64,000 bases of DNA from Paraspadella gotoi. Its lineage: Eukaryota; Animalia; Chaetognatha. Position numbers and translations under genes: made by a program. The notes below the pieces were generated by a model. It searched no databases, was not told the origin of the DNA, and was given only the letters and a program-made list of their open reading frames with translations. Below are positions 11,588 through 24,358 of the stretch, piece by piece; positions within the stretch are counted from its first letter, which is position 1; each line of letters opens with the position of its first letter. The DNA lies in assembly GCA_051294375.1 (NCBI GenBank), contig CM119265.1, positions 20,464,672 through 20,528,671 on the forward strand, written 5' to 3'.

Positions 11588-12308
11588 ATCCGAAAATAAT
11601 GTCGTTTTCAAGGCGAACGTTTTTTTTTTTTGACCGGAAGTGAGATTCGTCGCGTCAAAGGGTCAAAAGGTCACGCGGTCCACAGTTCAGAGTTGAACGC
11701 GAAAACGAGTCTGAGACTCGTCGTCTCGGCCGAGGCATGGCATGGTAAGGAAGTTCGAAGCCGAGAGGGCTTTGAAGTATCGGACAATTGGACATGGAGT
11801 ACATGCTGGTATGGAAGTGCGAAGCGAGGCGGCCTTGGAGACATGAAAGCGCGTGCACAGCGACAGATGGACAATGGTTGATCCGAGCCAGCGCGGACAT
11901 GAAAAGACACGTTTGAAACGAGATCTTAAGATCAGTCGTGCGCGCGCTAAATCGCGTGCGCTTGTACACGCGACGACGAATGCACGCAAAAAAAAGGAGG
12001 AAAAAAAAATAGTCAATCGTCGCCTTAAAACTGAGGAGGAGGAAAAGGATCATTAAAGGAGACGAAGGGGGGCGACGACGACGACGACGACGACGACCAA
12101 GACGAAAGTCAAAATGGCCAACTTTGAATTTGGGGTTTTTGTGGTCGAGTCAAAATGGTTTGGGAAATGAGCTCGAAGAAAAAAAAGGAGAGACGTCACT
12201 ACTTAAGTGTCGTTGTCACCTCGTGGAATTTCGGTTGTGGAAACGTGAGGGATGGGAGAACTTCATCTTTGTGAAATATGGATGTCTCGAACCGGTAGAA
12301 TTTATTGT

Positions 12309-12454
<146 letters not shown>

Positions 12455-14755
12455 GTCTAATCTTCTGTTTCACCGCATCAGCTCATCTTCAAGGGTTTAC
12501 GTATCATAATTAGAAAAATCGACAGTATGTACTTCGTCTTTTATTTTGCTGAATTTAAGGATGATGGGAACACGATCGAGTTACGAATGAATGAGACGAC
12601 GGACGACCGACTACACCAAACGACGAGACAACGAAGTAATTTGGGCTTAAAAAACGCGGATTCGGCGGAGGCTGGCCCGGCGGCGGCGAACGACTTAGTC
12701 CGCCTTTACCGTCTTCCTTTGAGCGGAAAAACAACTCATTTTGCGATCAAGCAACTCGAAAAGAAAGAAACGCCAGGAATTTCATCTTCCTCGTCTTCCT
12801 ATTTTTTATTACCATTTTATTCTATGTCGGCTCCCTCTGCTCTTCTCTCTAGTGCCTCCTTCTCTCTCTCCTCTCTCTCTCTCTCTCTCTTCTCCTCTCT
12901 CTCTGCTCTCTTCCTCTCTCTCTCTCTCTCTTCTGCCAGTAATATTGTCAGCTTGGTCTTCTTGATAGCGTTTCCTCTGCTTCTCTTTCGAAACGCTCCC
13001 TTCAATGCGCTTTTCGTTCATTAGCATTCCTCGCGGTCCCTCATCTCCAGTCTCACTCTCTCTCCCCTCATCTCTCTCTCTCTCTCTCCTCTCTCCTCTC
13101 TCTCGTTCTCTCTCTCTCGTCTCTCTCTCTCTCCTCCACAGAGTTTTCTTATTTTTTTCTGTTCTTTCTCTTTTTTCTTACTTCTACGCTGCCCTTTTCA
13201 ATCTATGTAAATCGTCTTTTTGTTCTCTGTTAAGTTGAAGAAGAGAATTATTGCGATAGTCTCTCTCCTCTCTCTACTCTCTCTCGTCTACTCTCTCTCT
13301 CCTTCTCTCCTCCTCTCTCTCTACTCTCTCTCTCTCTCTCTCTCCTACTCTCTCTCTTCTCTGNNNNNNNNNNNNNNNNNNNNNNNNNNNNNNNNNNNNN
13401 NNNNNNNNNNNNNNNNNNNNNNNNNNNNNNNNNNNNNNNNNNNNNNNNNNNNNNNNNNNNNNNNNNNNNNNNNNNNNNNNNNNNNNNNNNNNNNNNNNNN
13501 NNNNNNNNNNNNNNNNNNNNNNNNNNNNNNNNNNNNNNNNNNNNNNNNNNNNNNNNNNNNNNNNNNNNNNNNNNNNNNNNNNNNNNNNNNNNNNNNNNNN
13601 NNNNNNNNNNNNNNNNNNNNNNNNNNNNNNNNNNNNNNNNNNNNNNNNNNNNNNNNNNNNNNNNNNNNNNNNNNNNNNNNNNNNNNNNNNNNNNNNNNNN
13701 NNNNNNNNNNNNNNNNNNNNNNNNNNNNNNNNNNNNNNNNNNNNNNNNNNNNNNNNNNNNNNNNNNNNNNNNNNNNNNNNNNNNNNNNNNNNNNNNNNNN
13801 NNNNNNNNNNNNNNNNNNNNNNNNNNNNNNNNNNNNNNNNNNNNNNNNCTCAAGATCTCCCCCGCCACTTCCCGACCACCCAAGAAACCACCCTTCGTCA
13901 CCGTTTTTCTCCACCCCGCAATCACCTCCAACCACCCAACAATCGAGTCCATCTATTTCTGACCAGCCGATAAAATGCGATCTCGGCGAATGCCGGATGC
14001 CGACGGAAAATGGCCGGACGCGCCGATCAACGACCGGAGAGCACAATAGAGCGAGAGAGAAGGAAGCCCCCCCAAGAAGTGGCGGAGGAAAGGAGAAAAA
14101 GAAAAGAAGGAAAGAAAGTGAGAAAAAAGAAAGAAAGGTGACGAGGAAAGAGGAAGAGGAAGTAAGAAGGGAGGGAAAAAATGCAGAAAAATAATATTTT
14201 CAGGCTAAATTTGTTTTTTGATTTATTCACTAGCAAAATGCAGTATTGCACTTCTCACATCAGCGCGGTCATTCCCAGCAAAACGACATAAGGAATTTTC
14301 TTTCCTTTTATTTTTTTTTTATTATAAGGTTTTAAGTTTTTTTGGTGGAGTTTCTTAATTGTTCAGATGTTAGTTAGATGTTCGTTAGTTTGTTATGAAA
14401 GACGCTACTATTCCTATTGTAGCAAAATCATTGCCACCTCCCTTCCACCCCCCATTGGACGCCCCTTCCACCCCCCACAAACTCGTCGCGAAATCACGAG
14501 ATTCGGCGGAGGAAGAAAAATCGTCGGAGTCAACAGGGAGGCGCCAGGAGTGTTGAAGGAGGGGTGAAGAGAACAGGGGTGGAGGTAGCAATTATGGTGG
14601 AGTGACGGGTCGATATTAAAGCGCGATGATTAGTGTGAAAGTCGAGGTTGAAAAAATATTGTCAGGAGTGAATCTGTAAAGAGAGGGTCAAAAATTAGTC
14701 TAAGAAAAAAAAAGGGCTTGCTTTTCCAAAAGTGACCGATTTCCATTGCTAAATT

Positions 14756-14925
14756 CTAACCCTAACCTTATTTTTAACTTCAATATGTAACTCAAACACA
14801 AACCCAATGCTAAACCGTATCATAACCTTAACCAAATCCACAACCCTCAATCTTTAACCTTAACCTAATTCCTAACCCTAATTTGTAACATAATCACTAA
14901 CCTAATCTCTAACCTTAACCAAATC
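14756..14925 (-). repeat. Degenerate (CCCTAA)n telomere-like hexamer tract
   Basis: ctaaccctaacc...taaccttaacc...cctaaccctaa...ctaacctaatctctaaccttaacc, with roughly 6-bp periodicity. Confidence 0.6.
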
Positions 14926-15624
14926 TTAAATAAAAAAAAAATTTTACTTATTTAGTTTTAGTTTAATTATTTATTTACTAATATAGAATCAAATGGGACG
15001 TTTTTGGAAAATAAGGCCAAAAAAGGAGTGAAGTGGTTTCCTTCGTGTGGGTGGGGGTGACCACGGTCTTTAAGTCGGAAGCTGTGGTGGTTCCTTTTGT
15101 GGTGGGGCGGTGCAGTGGTGGTCCTGAAGGTGCCCTCGTCGTGGGANNNNNNNNNNNNNNNNNNNNNNNNNTCTCGTACGTGGTGGAAGCGTTGGGGAAA
15201 AGAAAAAGGCAAAGTTCGTGGAACCTGTGATTTTCACGGATTTCGTCTCGAAGAATGCTACGAGTTATCGCTGCCACGAGTTTGAGAGAGAAAGAAGAGA
15301 GAGAGAAGAGAGAGAAAGGAGAGAAGACGAGATGAAGAGATAAGAGAGAGAGATGAGAAGAGAGAGAGAGAGAGTTATACAAACGAGACTGACGGAGTGG
15401 ATTAAGTGGGCTCATGCGGAGTCTACGCACCGGCTTCATCAATCAGAAAGAAGAGAAGAGAAGAGAGAGAGAGAGAAGAATAAAAGAAAAACAAGAACTT
15501 TGTAGGTGATAGATGATGGAGTAGGAGAACAGATATATAACAGGGATAAGATATAATGAGAGAGAGAAGAGATAGGTAGAGCGAATAGAGAGAGAGAGAG
15601 AGAAAATAAAATGAGATTACTGAA

Positions 15625-18290
15625 AATCGTACTCTTTTTCAGCAAGGAATCGATTTCGCATGAGGATATTTATGCGGAAAAAGAGTGGAGCTTCGTTGTT
15701 TTGTCGTTGTTCCCTTTTGTAATAATCTTCCCTCACAGACAGGCAAAATATTTTTTAATTATATCAGGATTAAAAACCTAAATTATAGAGAGAAAAATAG
15801 AGGCAAGAGTTCAAGTAAAGAAAACCAGTATGGAACAAAACAGCTTAGAATTAAACAACAGCAATAAATCGATTAAAAATAACCCTTGCGTAAAACACTA
15901 CCGAACCGAGTAAGGAGATCGAGTGAAAAAAATAATCCACGCTTGTTTCATCTCGTTCGCGGCCCGGAGTTTTCGCATGTTTCCCGTTGAAAATTGCTCG
16001 GCGCCGCAATCTTCCTCTTTAGCCGCGCCCCGTATTCCTTTACCTCTTGCGCGCCATAAATTCTGACATCCTTTTGCGCGGCTCCGTATCTCCTTCCTCG
16101 AGCCCCGAGTTTCCTTCCTTCGCGCGCCCATTTTATACTTTTGGCGTTTGTGCTCACAACATCCTCCTTGTGCTTTACTTAAACATTTATATTTTGTATT
16201 CATGCATTAATCTTGATTAATCACATACCAAAGATATTTTCAGTTTATGCACTTTTGTGATGTATAATATTTAAATAAGTTTATAACTGTTATCTGTAGT
16301 TGTAACATCCACCTAAAACTCCCCACCACCTACTAAACTCCCGCCACCTCTAAAGGACCCTCGCCACCTTAAAAACCCGCCACCTTTAAACGTCCGCTAC
16401 CTCTAAAGTCCGCCACCATAAAACACCTGCCACGCACTTGAACCCGGCCACATCTAAAGAACCCGCCACCTCTAATACTCCCACCACCTCTAAAAAACTC
16501 CTGCACCCTCTAAAAACCCGCACCTCTAAACTCCACCACCTCGAAACATCTGCCACCTCTAAACGTCCGCCAACCTCTAAACGTCCGCCACTCTAGAAAC
16601 ACCGCACTCTAAACGTCCTGGCGACTGTGAAACGGTGCCACCCACCTCAAACGTCCCACCTAGTAACCATACTCGCGGCCACCTCTAAACGTCCGCCACC
16701 TGCCTAAACGTCCCACCTCGTGTAAAATGTCCGCCACCTAAACGGTCCGCCACTCTAAAAGTCCCACCTTCTAAACACCCGCCACCTCCTAAACGTCCGC
16801 CACCTGTAAAACGTCCGCCACCTCTTAAACGTCCGCCACCTGTAAACGACCGCCACTTGTAAACGTCCGCCACCTCTAAACTCCCGCCAACCTTGACGTA
16901 AACGTCCCCAACTCGTAAACACCTCGCCACCTTCTAAAAACGGTCCGCCCACCTGTAAAACGTCCGCAAACCTCTAAATGTCCGCACCTTTAACTGGTCC
17001 CGCCACCTGCTTAAATGTCCCCACCTTAAAAATACCCGCCACCATCTAAAACTCCCAGCCACCTTTAAACTCCCGCCCACTTTTGCTGGCATTTCGCTCT
17101 TGATGACTGTTCGGCCATCCACAACGCAATAGGCGCCTTTCTGTTCCACTTTCTGCGCCTCAACCTGCATTCGGGCCTTTCGTTTAATTTAAGTTGGTGA
17201 GGTATATATATATATATATATGGAAGGGGATTATTATATTTGACAAGTATATTGATGTGAAGTGGAGATCAGTACGAGATGCGCTCAGGAGAAAAGGGTC
17301 GAGAGGATGAAGTGGATCTAGTGAGATAAAAGGAAAGAAAAGAAAAAAAGAGAAAAGGAAGAAACCCGGGAACGGATTTGGACGGAGAGAGGCGAACGTC
17401 CAAAAAAAGAAAGAGAGACGAGGCTTAACGCCGCGCGTTTAATCGGGAAAAAACTTGGAAACGGTGTAAAGACAAAAGAGAGAGAAAAAAATGGGAGAAG
17501 AACGGTTGAAGAAAAAGGAGAAAATTAAAAATGAAAGAACCAAAACATTAAAAAAGTAAAAGGGAACAAAAAAAAAAGAGAAGAAAACGGGAGAAACACA
17601 AATCACGTGACTTGCCCACAACTAAAGGGAGATTTAAGAAGCTGAAAAAAAAAAAAAAAGTAAAGAAAATAAAAAGCCTTGAGAATATCAAATAGTGGCA
17701 TATAAATTTATGTCGTTGTTCTCATATAATCTGGGACACTTAATGTCTGTGTCGGTCTTATGAGTCCGTCCTCCGGTATAGTGACTATACGCGTCGTCTT
17801 CGTCTGCGTCGTCGCGTCGTTCGTCTCGTCGTCGCCCGCTAGTAGTTGTCATAAGCGAAAGATTATGTAAAGTCGAAATGGAAACGGATCTGGACGGAAG
17901 AGTGGTGAGGAGTTGGTGCCATAAGACGACCGACATTAACCGAACCGGACGTTTTTTGGGGGACGACGTAAAAAAGTGTGTGCCATAGTTGTGTCCATCG
18001 TCTTTCCGGCAGGTGAAGGTGACGTCGACTGCCGGAACTGACAGGTGAAGGACTGCTGAATTACCACAGTAAGCTATCGGACTGCTCGGATCGGATGATA
18101 ACAAGAGCTCATCATCAATCGCCGAGTGATTTAAATATTGTGGTAGCACAATCGAACACACCTCTCCAATCGCCACCTGTCCATTCCTAAACCTCAGAAT
18201 ATACTAGTAGCTACTAATGCTGTCCAATATCTGAATCCGGCCATATATATCTCGCTCAAGGAAATCTTTCGGTCCCAAATGAAGATCTTC
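15625..18290 (+). repeat. Copy A of a triplicated block of about 2.5 kb (quality decays toward its 3' end)
   Basis: Shares cgagccccgagtttccttcctt, tattcatgcattaatcttgattaa, gtagttgtaacatccacct, gaaacccgggaacggatttggacggagagaggcg and gtgaagg..gacgtcgact with 22204-24450. Confidence 0.85.
16308..17080 (+). repeat. Minisatellite of about 17 bp, consensus TAAACGTCCGCCACCT(C/G)
   Basis: More than 40 degenerate head-to-tail units with no unique spacers. Confidence 0.9.
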
Positions 18291-19299
18291 GGCTAGCGGC
18301 GCGCGTTGTTATCCGCGCGAGAGAGAGCTACCTCTCTGGCTGCTACTCTCCCTCCGTCCTTCCTGCTGGCTCACCTCATGTTCCATCTCTCTTCTCCGAC
18401 CTCTCGCCTTCTGATCTGCAATTCTCTCCCCCTATCTACTCATACTATAATGCCTCCGGTCTTACCCTCCGTGCTCTCTCTATATCATCTTCGTGGCTTC
18501 ACCTCTCTCTTTTCTCCTCCTCTCTCTTCTCTGCAAAAATAACCTCTGTACGCAGACTTCCTCTTTATCCATGTTTTATTTCAATACACCAATACTATCC
18601 TTATCTCATTTCTTCTTTCATCTCTCTCTAGTCTGCTTCTACTGCTTTCCTCCCTGGTAATTCAGCTGAATAGTTGGACAGAATGTTGATCTGTGTGAAT
18701 GTGAATAAATCACAACGATAAATAAAACTTGGAGACAGCCCTCTGCTTTAAAACACCACATTGAGATACACCTCTTCTGTGGGTTATGCCGCCGTTCGAT
18801 TCAAATTTCTGTTCCAACGGACTCCGGCCTCTTTCTCATCTCTCTCGTGACAAACTAAAGCGGAAAGTAATTATGCAAATTGAATTCATCCTTCCAATGT
18901 GTTTCTTTATTTCATCAAATATAAAATATAATCTTATATATTCCTTAACGATGAACCGTTTCAAGAAAACATCTCTAGGTTAGGTGCCTCATTATTGAAC
19001 CTGTGGCATGTACAGTTGTACACTAAAGTTCAACGATTTTATCAGTGCGAATATAGTGTCTAATTTTTAAGCATTCTGAACGAATTGTCTATAAATCAGA
19101 TTATTACTCTATACTACATTCGATTACCGCTAATTAACAAGTGATCCCTCTGTTGTGTATTCGTCGCTTTCGATTCGCATAGCCCCATCTATAATTCTAT
19201 TGGACGAATAAAATATTTTTGTTGATACTCTCCGTTCCTCAATCCAAATTTTTTCTCCTTTCCGCCAGAAAATTTCTTTGGAGTCATGAGAGTGAGAGA

Positions 19300-19650
19300 T
19301 ATCGTACTCTCTTTTCAGCAAGGGAATCGTTTCGCATGGATATTTATGCGGAAAAGAGTGGAGCTTCGTTGTTGTTGTCGTTGTAGTTGTTATCTTCCTC
19401 ACAGACGGCAAAATATTTTTTTTTTCAGGATAAAACCTAAATTATAGAAGAAAAAATAAGGCAAGGGTCATAAAACGCGAGGAAAAAACAGCTAAGAATA
19501 AAAACAAAGCAATAAAACCGATTAAAAAACCTGTAAACCTGAGCGAGGGAGAGAAAAAAAATCCAAGCTTCTCTCTCTGCCCGAGTTTCGCGGTTCTCGT
19601 GGAATTGCGGCGCCGAATCTCCTTCTTTTGCGCGCCGTATTTCCTTCCTT
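19300..19650 (+). repeat. Direct copy of about 15625-16030
   Basis: atcgtactct..ttcagcaagg..gatatttatgcggaaaagagtggagcttcgttgtt is present in both. Confidence 0.85.
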
Positions 19651-19809
19651 TGAAGGAGCATGAGAGGAGACGGCAGAGGGAATGAGATGAGACGTGCAGA
19701 GAGAGCTGTAGGCAGAGAGAGAGGAGAGAGCACGAGACGCAGAGAGAGGAGATGAGTTAAGATAAGAATGATGAGACGAGATGAAGAGACTGTGAGGTCA
19801 GTGAGAGCA

Positions 19810-22178
19810 GAGAGAGATTTTGTTCCACGCCCAATCTTGGCGACCGATTCTGACGCTGGGCGGATTCAGAAAAGCTATTGGCAATAGTTACTAGGTAGCA
19901 ATGTGTTTATCGTTCAGAAAATGGAGAACAGTGTGGCCCACCGATTGAGAAAATGGTGACATGAATTCGATCTTAGTTGGCGTACCGGCGACGAATATGA
20001 CATGCGAAACGTCCAATTCGTCATGTTCTCAGCCAGCGTTCTCTGCTTTATGCTGCGTTAAAATATCACGAATAGCGCTCATTCACACTGCAAACTCGTA
20101 GTTCGTTGAGTCGACGTCAACCGTATCTCACCGCCTCGACCGAGAAGAGAACGACTGGAACAACTTGGCAAATTTTGCGTAACGTCCCCATCGTCGTCGT
20201 CGTCGGTTCGTCTTTATGCGAGTCATTTTTTCGTCCTCCTCCGTTTTCCATTTCGACTTTATTGTCTTTTTCGCTTATAGTATAATCGCAGCGAAGGGCG
20301 ACGACTAAATGACGACGCACGACTGGACGAACGACGACGAACACGGCAGTAATAAACAACCAAAGAATAGCGACGACTGCCATAAACATACAAAAAGCAC
20401 ATTGAAAAATGGGTTCCACCGGAATGAATTTGAGGGCAGACTAAATTTATATGTCCACTTTTGCTTTCTCAAGGCTTTTTATTTTTCTTTTTACTCTTTT
20501 TTTTTTTTTTTTTTTCAGCTTCTTAATCTCCCTTTATGTTTTCGCAGTCCAGTGATTTGTTGTTTTCTCCCGTTGTTCTTCTTTTTTTTTGTTGTTCCCT
20601 TTACTTTTTTATGTTTTGGTTCTTTCATTTTTAATTTTCTCCCTTTTTCTTCTAACCGTTTTCTCCCATTTGTTTTTCTCTGCTCTTTTGTCCTTTACAC
20701 CGTTTCCAAGTTTTTTCCCGATTAAACGCGCGGCGTTAAGCCTCGTCTCTCTTTTCTTTTTTTTTTGTGAGCGTGTCGCCTCTCTCCGTCCAAATCCGTT
20801 CCCGGGTTTCTTCTTTTCTCTTTTTCTTCTTTTCTTTCTTTATCTCAACTAGATCCACTTCATCCTCTCCGACCCTTTTCATCACTGAGCCATCTCGTAC
20901 TGATCTTCCACTTCACATCCTATTCCCGTTTGGTCCACTTTTCCCCCTCCCTTCCCCTTGCTCTTCTTCCCCCTTTGGTTCTCCTCGACAACTTGTAAAA
21001 ATCTAAACGAAAGTGCCCGTTGGTATGGAGGGCCATAGACAAAAGGCGCCTGAATTGCGTCCGTGGTATGGTACGAACGTCACTCATGCATTCGAAATGC
21101 CCTAAGTGTGCGGACGTTTAGCAGTGTGCTGACCGTTTTAGAGGTGGCGGTCATTGTTTAGAGGGTGGTGGGTGATTTATGTAGGTGGCGAGTGTTTTTA
21201 GTAGGGTGCAGGAGTTTAGATGGTATGTTGGTAGGTTAGATGTGGCGGATGGGTTTTTAGAGTTGGCGGGGTTTTCAGATGTTGGTGGCAGGTGGTGTTT
21301 TATGTTGGGTGGCGGGATTTTTAAGCAAGGGTAGGAGAGAGGGCGTTTAAAGGGTGGCGGGGCGTTTTAGTAGGCCGTAGCGGGCTCTTTAGATGTGGCT
21401 CCGGGAGGTTTTAGAGTGGTGCGGGAGTTTAGGAGGTGGATGTTACAACTACAAAGATTAACCAGGTTTTAAACCTTTAGGTTAAATATCGTTATATAAC
21501 AGAAAAAAGTGCAAACTGAAAAAATATTTGGGATATGCTGAATTTAATAACAAGATTTAGATGCACGATGATATACAGAAAATTATAATGTGTAAGTAGT
21601 GAGCACCTAACAGGTGTAGGATTGTTCGTGAGCACCAAAGCCAAAGTATAAACATGGCGCGCCAAGCGAAGCGAAACTTCGGCCGTCTCGAGAAATAGGA
21701 GATTCTGGCGCTGAGAAGAGAATAAAAGATTAGGCGCGCAAATAGGATAGGATTATACACAGGCGCGCATAAGGCATGGAAGCATTTTGAGCGCGCAGAG
21801 AATGGAGATTTGGCGCTGCAAAGGAAGGAGAATACGGCGCGGCAAAGGTTAATGAAGATTTGGCGCGTGGCTAACAGGTATGGAGATTTGGTCGGAGCGT
21901 GGCGCCTGTGCAAAGGAGAGGAAATGTACGGGGCGCGCAAATGGAGTGAAAAAGTTGGCGGTGCAAAGGATGGAGATTTGAGGCGCGCAAAGGAAGGATA
22001 ATACGGCGCGGCATAACGGTATGAAAAGTTTTGGCGTGCAAAGGATTGCGAGATTTGGTGCGCGCAGAAGTGAAGGAGAATACGGCGCGCAAAAGAATGG
22101 GAGATTCCGGCGCGGCAAGGGAATGATAAGTACGGCGCCGCATAAGAAGGAGAGATTTCGTGCGCGCATAAGAGAGGT
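19810..22178 (-). repeat. Copy B (inverted) of the triplicated block, ending at a 25-N gap
   Basis: Reverse complement of 22204-24450, e.g. ttttgttccacgcc (19819) versus ggcgtggaacaaaa (24429). It contains both minisatellites in reverse orientation (GGTGGCGG units at 21110-21442; GGCGCGCAAAGGA units at 21655-22170). Confidence 0.85.
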
Positions 22179-22330
22179 NNNNNNNNNNNNNNNNNNNNNN
22201 NNNCTCCATCCTTGCGCGCCAAATCTCCATCCTTTGCGCGCCGTATCTCCTTCCTTTGCGCGCCTAATCTTTTTCTTTCTCGCGCCGAATCTCTTTTCTT
22301 CGAGCCCCGAGTTTCCTTCCTTGGCGCGCC
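21655..22330. repeat. GCGCGC-cored minisatellite of about 21 bp (TTTGCGCGCCRWATCTCCWTCC), in opposite orientations on either side of the 25-N gap
   Basis: ggagatttggcgcgcaaaggaa-type units left of the gap; ccttgcgcgccaaatctccatcctttgcgcgccgtatctccttcc right of it. Also present at about 16000-16130. Confidence 0.85.
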
Positions 22331-22514
22331 CATTTTATACTTTTGGCTTTGTGCTCACAACATCCTCCCTTTGGTGCTCTACTTAACATTTATATTTTTG
22401 TATTCATGCATTAATCTTGATTAATTCACATACCAAATATTTTTTCAGTTTGCACTTTTTGTTATTATAATATTTAACTAAGGTTTAAAACCTGTTAATC
22501 TTTGTAGTTGTAAC

Positions 22515-23328
22515 ATCCACCTCTAAACTCCCACCACCTCTAAACTCCGCCTCTAAAAAAAGAAAAGAAACCCGCACATCTAAACACCCCGCACTTAAAC
22601 GTCCGCATACCTTACCTCTAAAATCCCCGCCACCTGTACTAACACGACCACTGCCACCCAGTTGAAACCCGCAACCTAAACTCCGCATCTCTAAAACTCA
22701 CTGGGGCCCCACCACTCTAAAACTCCCCACCGTCTAAACACAACCCGACACTCTAAACAGTCGACAGGCCCACCACCTCTAACATTCTTGCCACCTACTA
22801 AAGTAGGTGCGCCACCTCATAAAAATGTACGTAATGGCCGCACAACGCTGTGGTTGATCTAAGCACCCCCCACTCTAACGTCGCTACTGTAAACGTCCAC
22901 CACTGTTAAACGTCCGCCACCTGTAAACGTCGGCCACCTCTAAACGTCCAGCCACCTCTAACGTCCGCCTTCACCTGTGAATGTCCGCCACCTCTAAACG
23001 TCCGCACTCTAAAGCGTCCGCCAGCGCCTCATAAAAAACCCGCCAACCTTAAACGTCCGCTCACCTGTAAAACGTCCGCACACTCTCTAAACGTCCGCCA
23101 CTGTAAACGTCCGCACCCTGTAAATCGTCCCGCACTCTAAAGCGTCCGCCACCTCTAAACGTCCGCCACTCTAAACACCGCCGACCTCTAAAACCGTCCG
23201 CCACCTGTAAACGTCCGCCACTTCCTAAATGTCCGCCACCTGTAAACGTCCACCACCTCGTAAACGTCCGCCACCTCAAAAAAACCCGCCACATCTAAAC
23301 TCCCACCACTCTATACTCCCGCCACCTT
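22515..23328 (+). repeat. Minisatellite of about 17 bp, TAAACGTCCGCCACCT(C/G), in copy C
   Basis: Seen directly, e.g. ctgtaaacgtccgccacctctaaacgtccgccac. Confidence 0.9.
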
Positions 23329-23918
23329 GGCATTTCGCTCTGAGTGACGTTCGTCCATCCACGACGCAATTAGGCGCCTTTTGTCTCTGCGCTCATCACG
23401 GGCCTTTCGTTTAGATTTAAGTTGTGAGAGAAAAAGGGGGAGAAGAGAAGGGGAAGGGGGGGGAAAGAGTGGACAAGGGAAAGGATGTGAAGTGAGATCA
23501 GACGAGATGGCTCAGAGGAAAAGGGTCGAGAGGATGAGTGGATCTAGTGAGATAAAAAGAAAAAGAAAAAGAGAAAAAGAGAAACCGGGAACGGATTTTG
23601 GACGGAGAGAGGCGAAGTCAAAAGAGAGACGAGCTTAAGCCGCGCGTTTAATGGGGAAAAAACTTGGAAAGGTGTAAGACAAAGAGAGAGAAAAAAAATG
23701 GGAGAAAACGTTAGAAGAAAAAGGAGAAAATTAAAAATGAAAGAACCAAAACATAAAAAAAGTTAAAAGGGACAACAAAAAAAAAGAAGAAAACGGGAGA
23801 AAACAAAATCACGGACTGCGAAACAAAGGGAGATTAAGAAGCTGAAAAAAAAAAAAAGAGAAAAGAAAAAAAAGCCTTGAGAAAGCAAAGTGGAATTAAA
23901 TTTCGTCTGCCCTCAAAT

Positions 23919-24041
23919 TCATCCGGTGGACATTTTCAATGTCTTTTTGTTGTTTATGCAGTCGTCGCTATTTTGGTTGTTATTACTGTGTCGTCGTCGT
24001 CGTCGTCGTCGTCGTCTTCGTCGTCGCCCTTCGCTCGATTT
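23919..24041 (-). CDS. Candidate terminal exon (KSSEG, poly-Arg, HSNNNQNSDDCINNKKTLKMSTG*)
   Basis: Acceptor gtctttcgcttaatag| in phase 0; 123 nt ending in TGA; phase matches the exon at 24194-24358. Confidence 0.4.
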   Translation of the reverse strand, partial: KSSEGRRRRRRRRRRRRHSNNNQNSDDCINNKKTLKMSTG

Positions 24042-24193
24042 CTATTAAGCGAAAGACATAAAGTCGAAATGGAACGGAGAGGACGAAGACGATGACTGCA
24101 TAAGACGACGACGACGACGACGATGGGGACGACGAAAATTTGCCAAGTTGTTCCATCGTCTCCGGTCGAGGGTGAAGGTTGACGTCGACTCAC

Positions 24194-24358
24194 GAACTGA
24201 GTTTCAGTGTGAATGAGGCTTTCGTGAATTTTACGCACATAAGCAGAGAACGCTGGCTGAGAACATGACGAATTGAGTTTCGCATTCATATTGTCGCCGG
24301 TAGCACAAGTCGAATTCATGTCACCTTTTCTCAATCGGTGGCCACCTGTTCTCATTTT
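24194..24358 (-). CDS. Candidate 165-nt internal exon (KMRTGGHRLRKGDMNSTCATGDNMNAKLNSSCSQPAFSAYVRKIHESLIHTETQF)
   Basis: Acceptor gttatcgtttcag| and strong donor TTC|gtgagt; phase 0/0 and open. No family recognised. Confidence 0.5.

Noticed and set aside
13220-14194. Long ORFs spanning N gaps (also at 26-30 kb and 36 kb)
   Set aside because: Their length comes from Ns and (CT)n. Only 13850-14050 looks possibly coding, and it lacks support.
16308-23328. The 17-bp and 21-bp arrays as CRISPR arrays
   Set aside because: Units are head-to-tail and degenerate with no unique 25-45 bp spacers; no cas genes; eukaryotic context.
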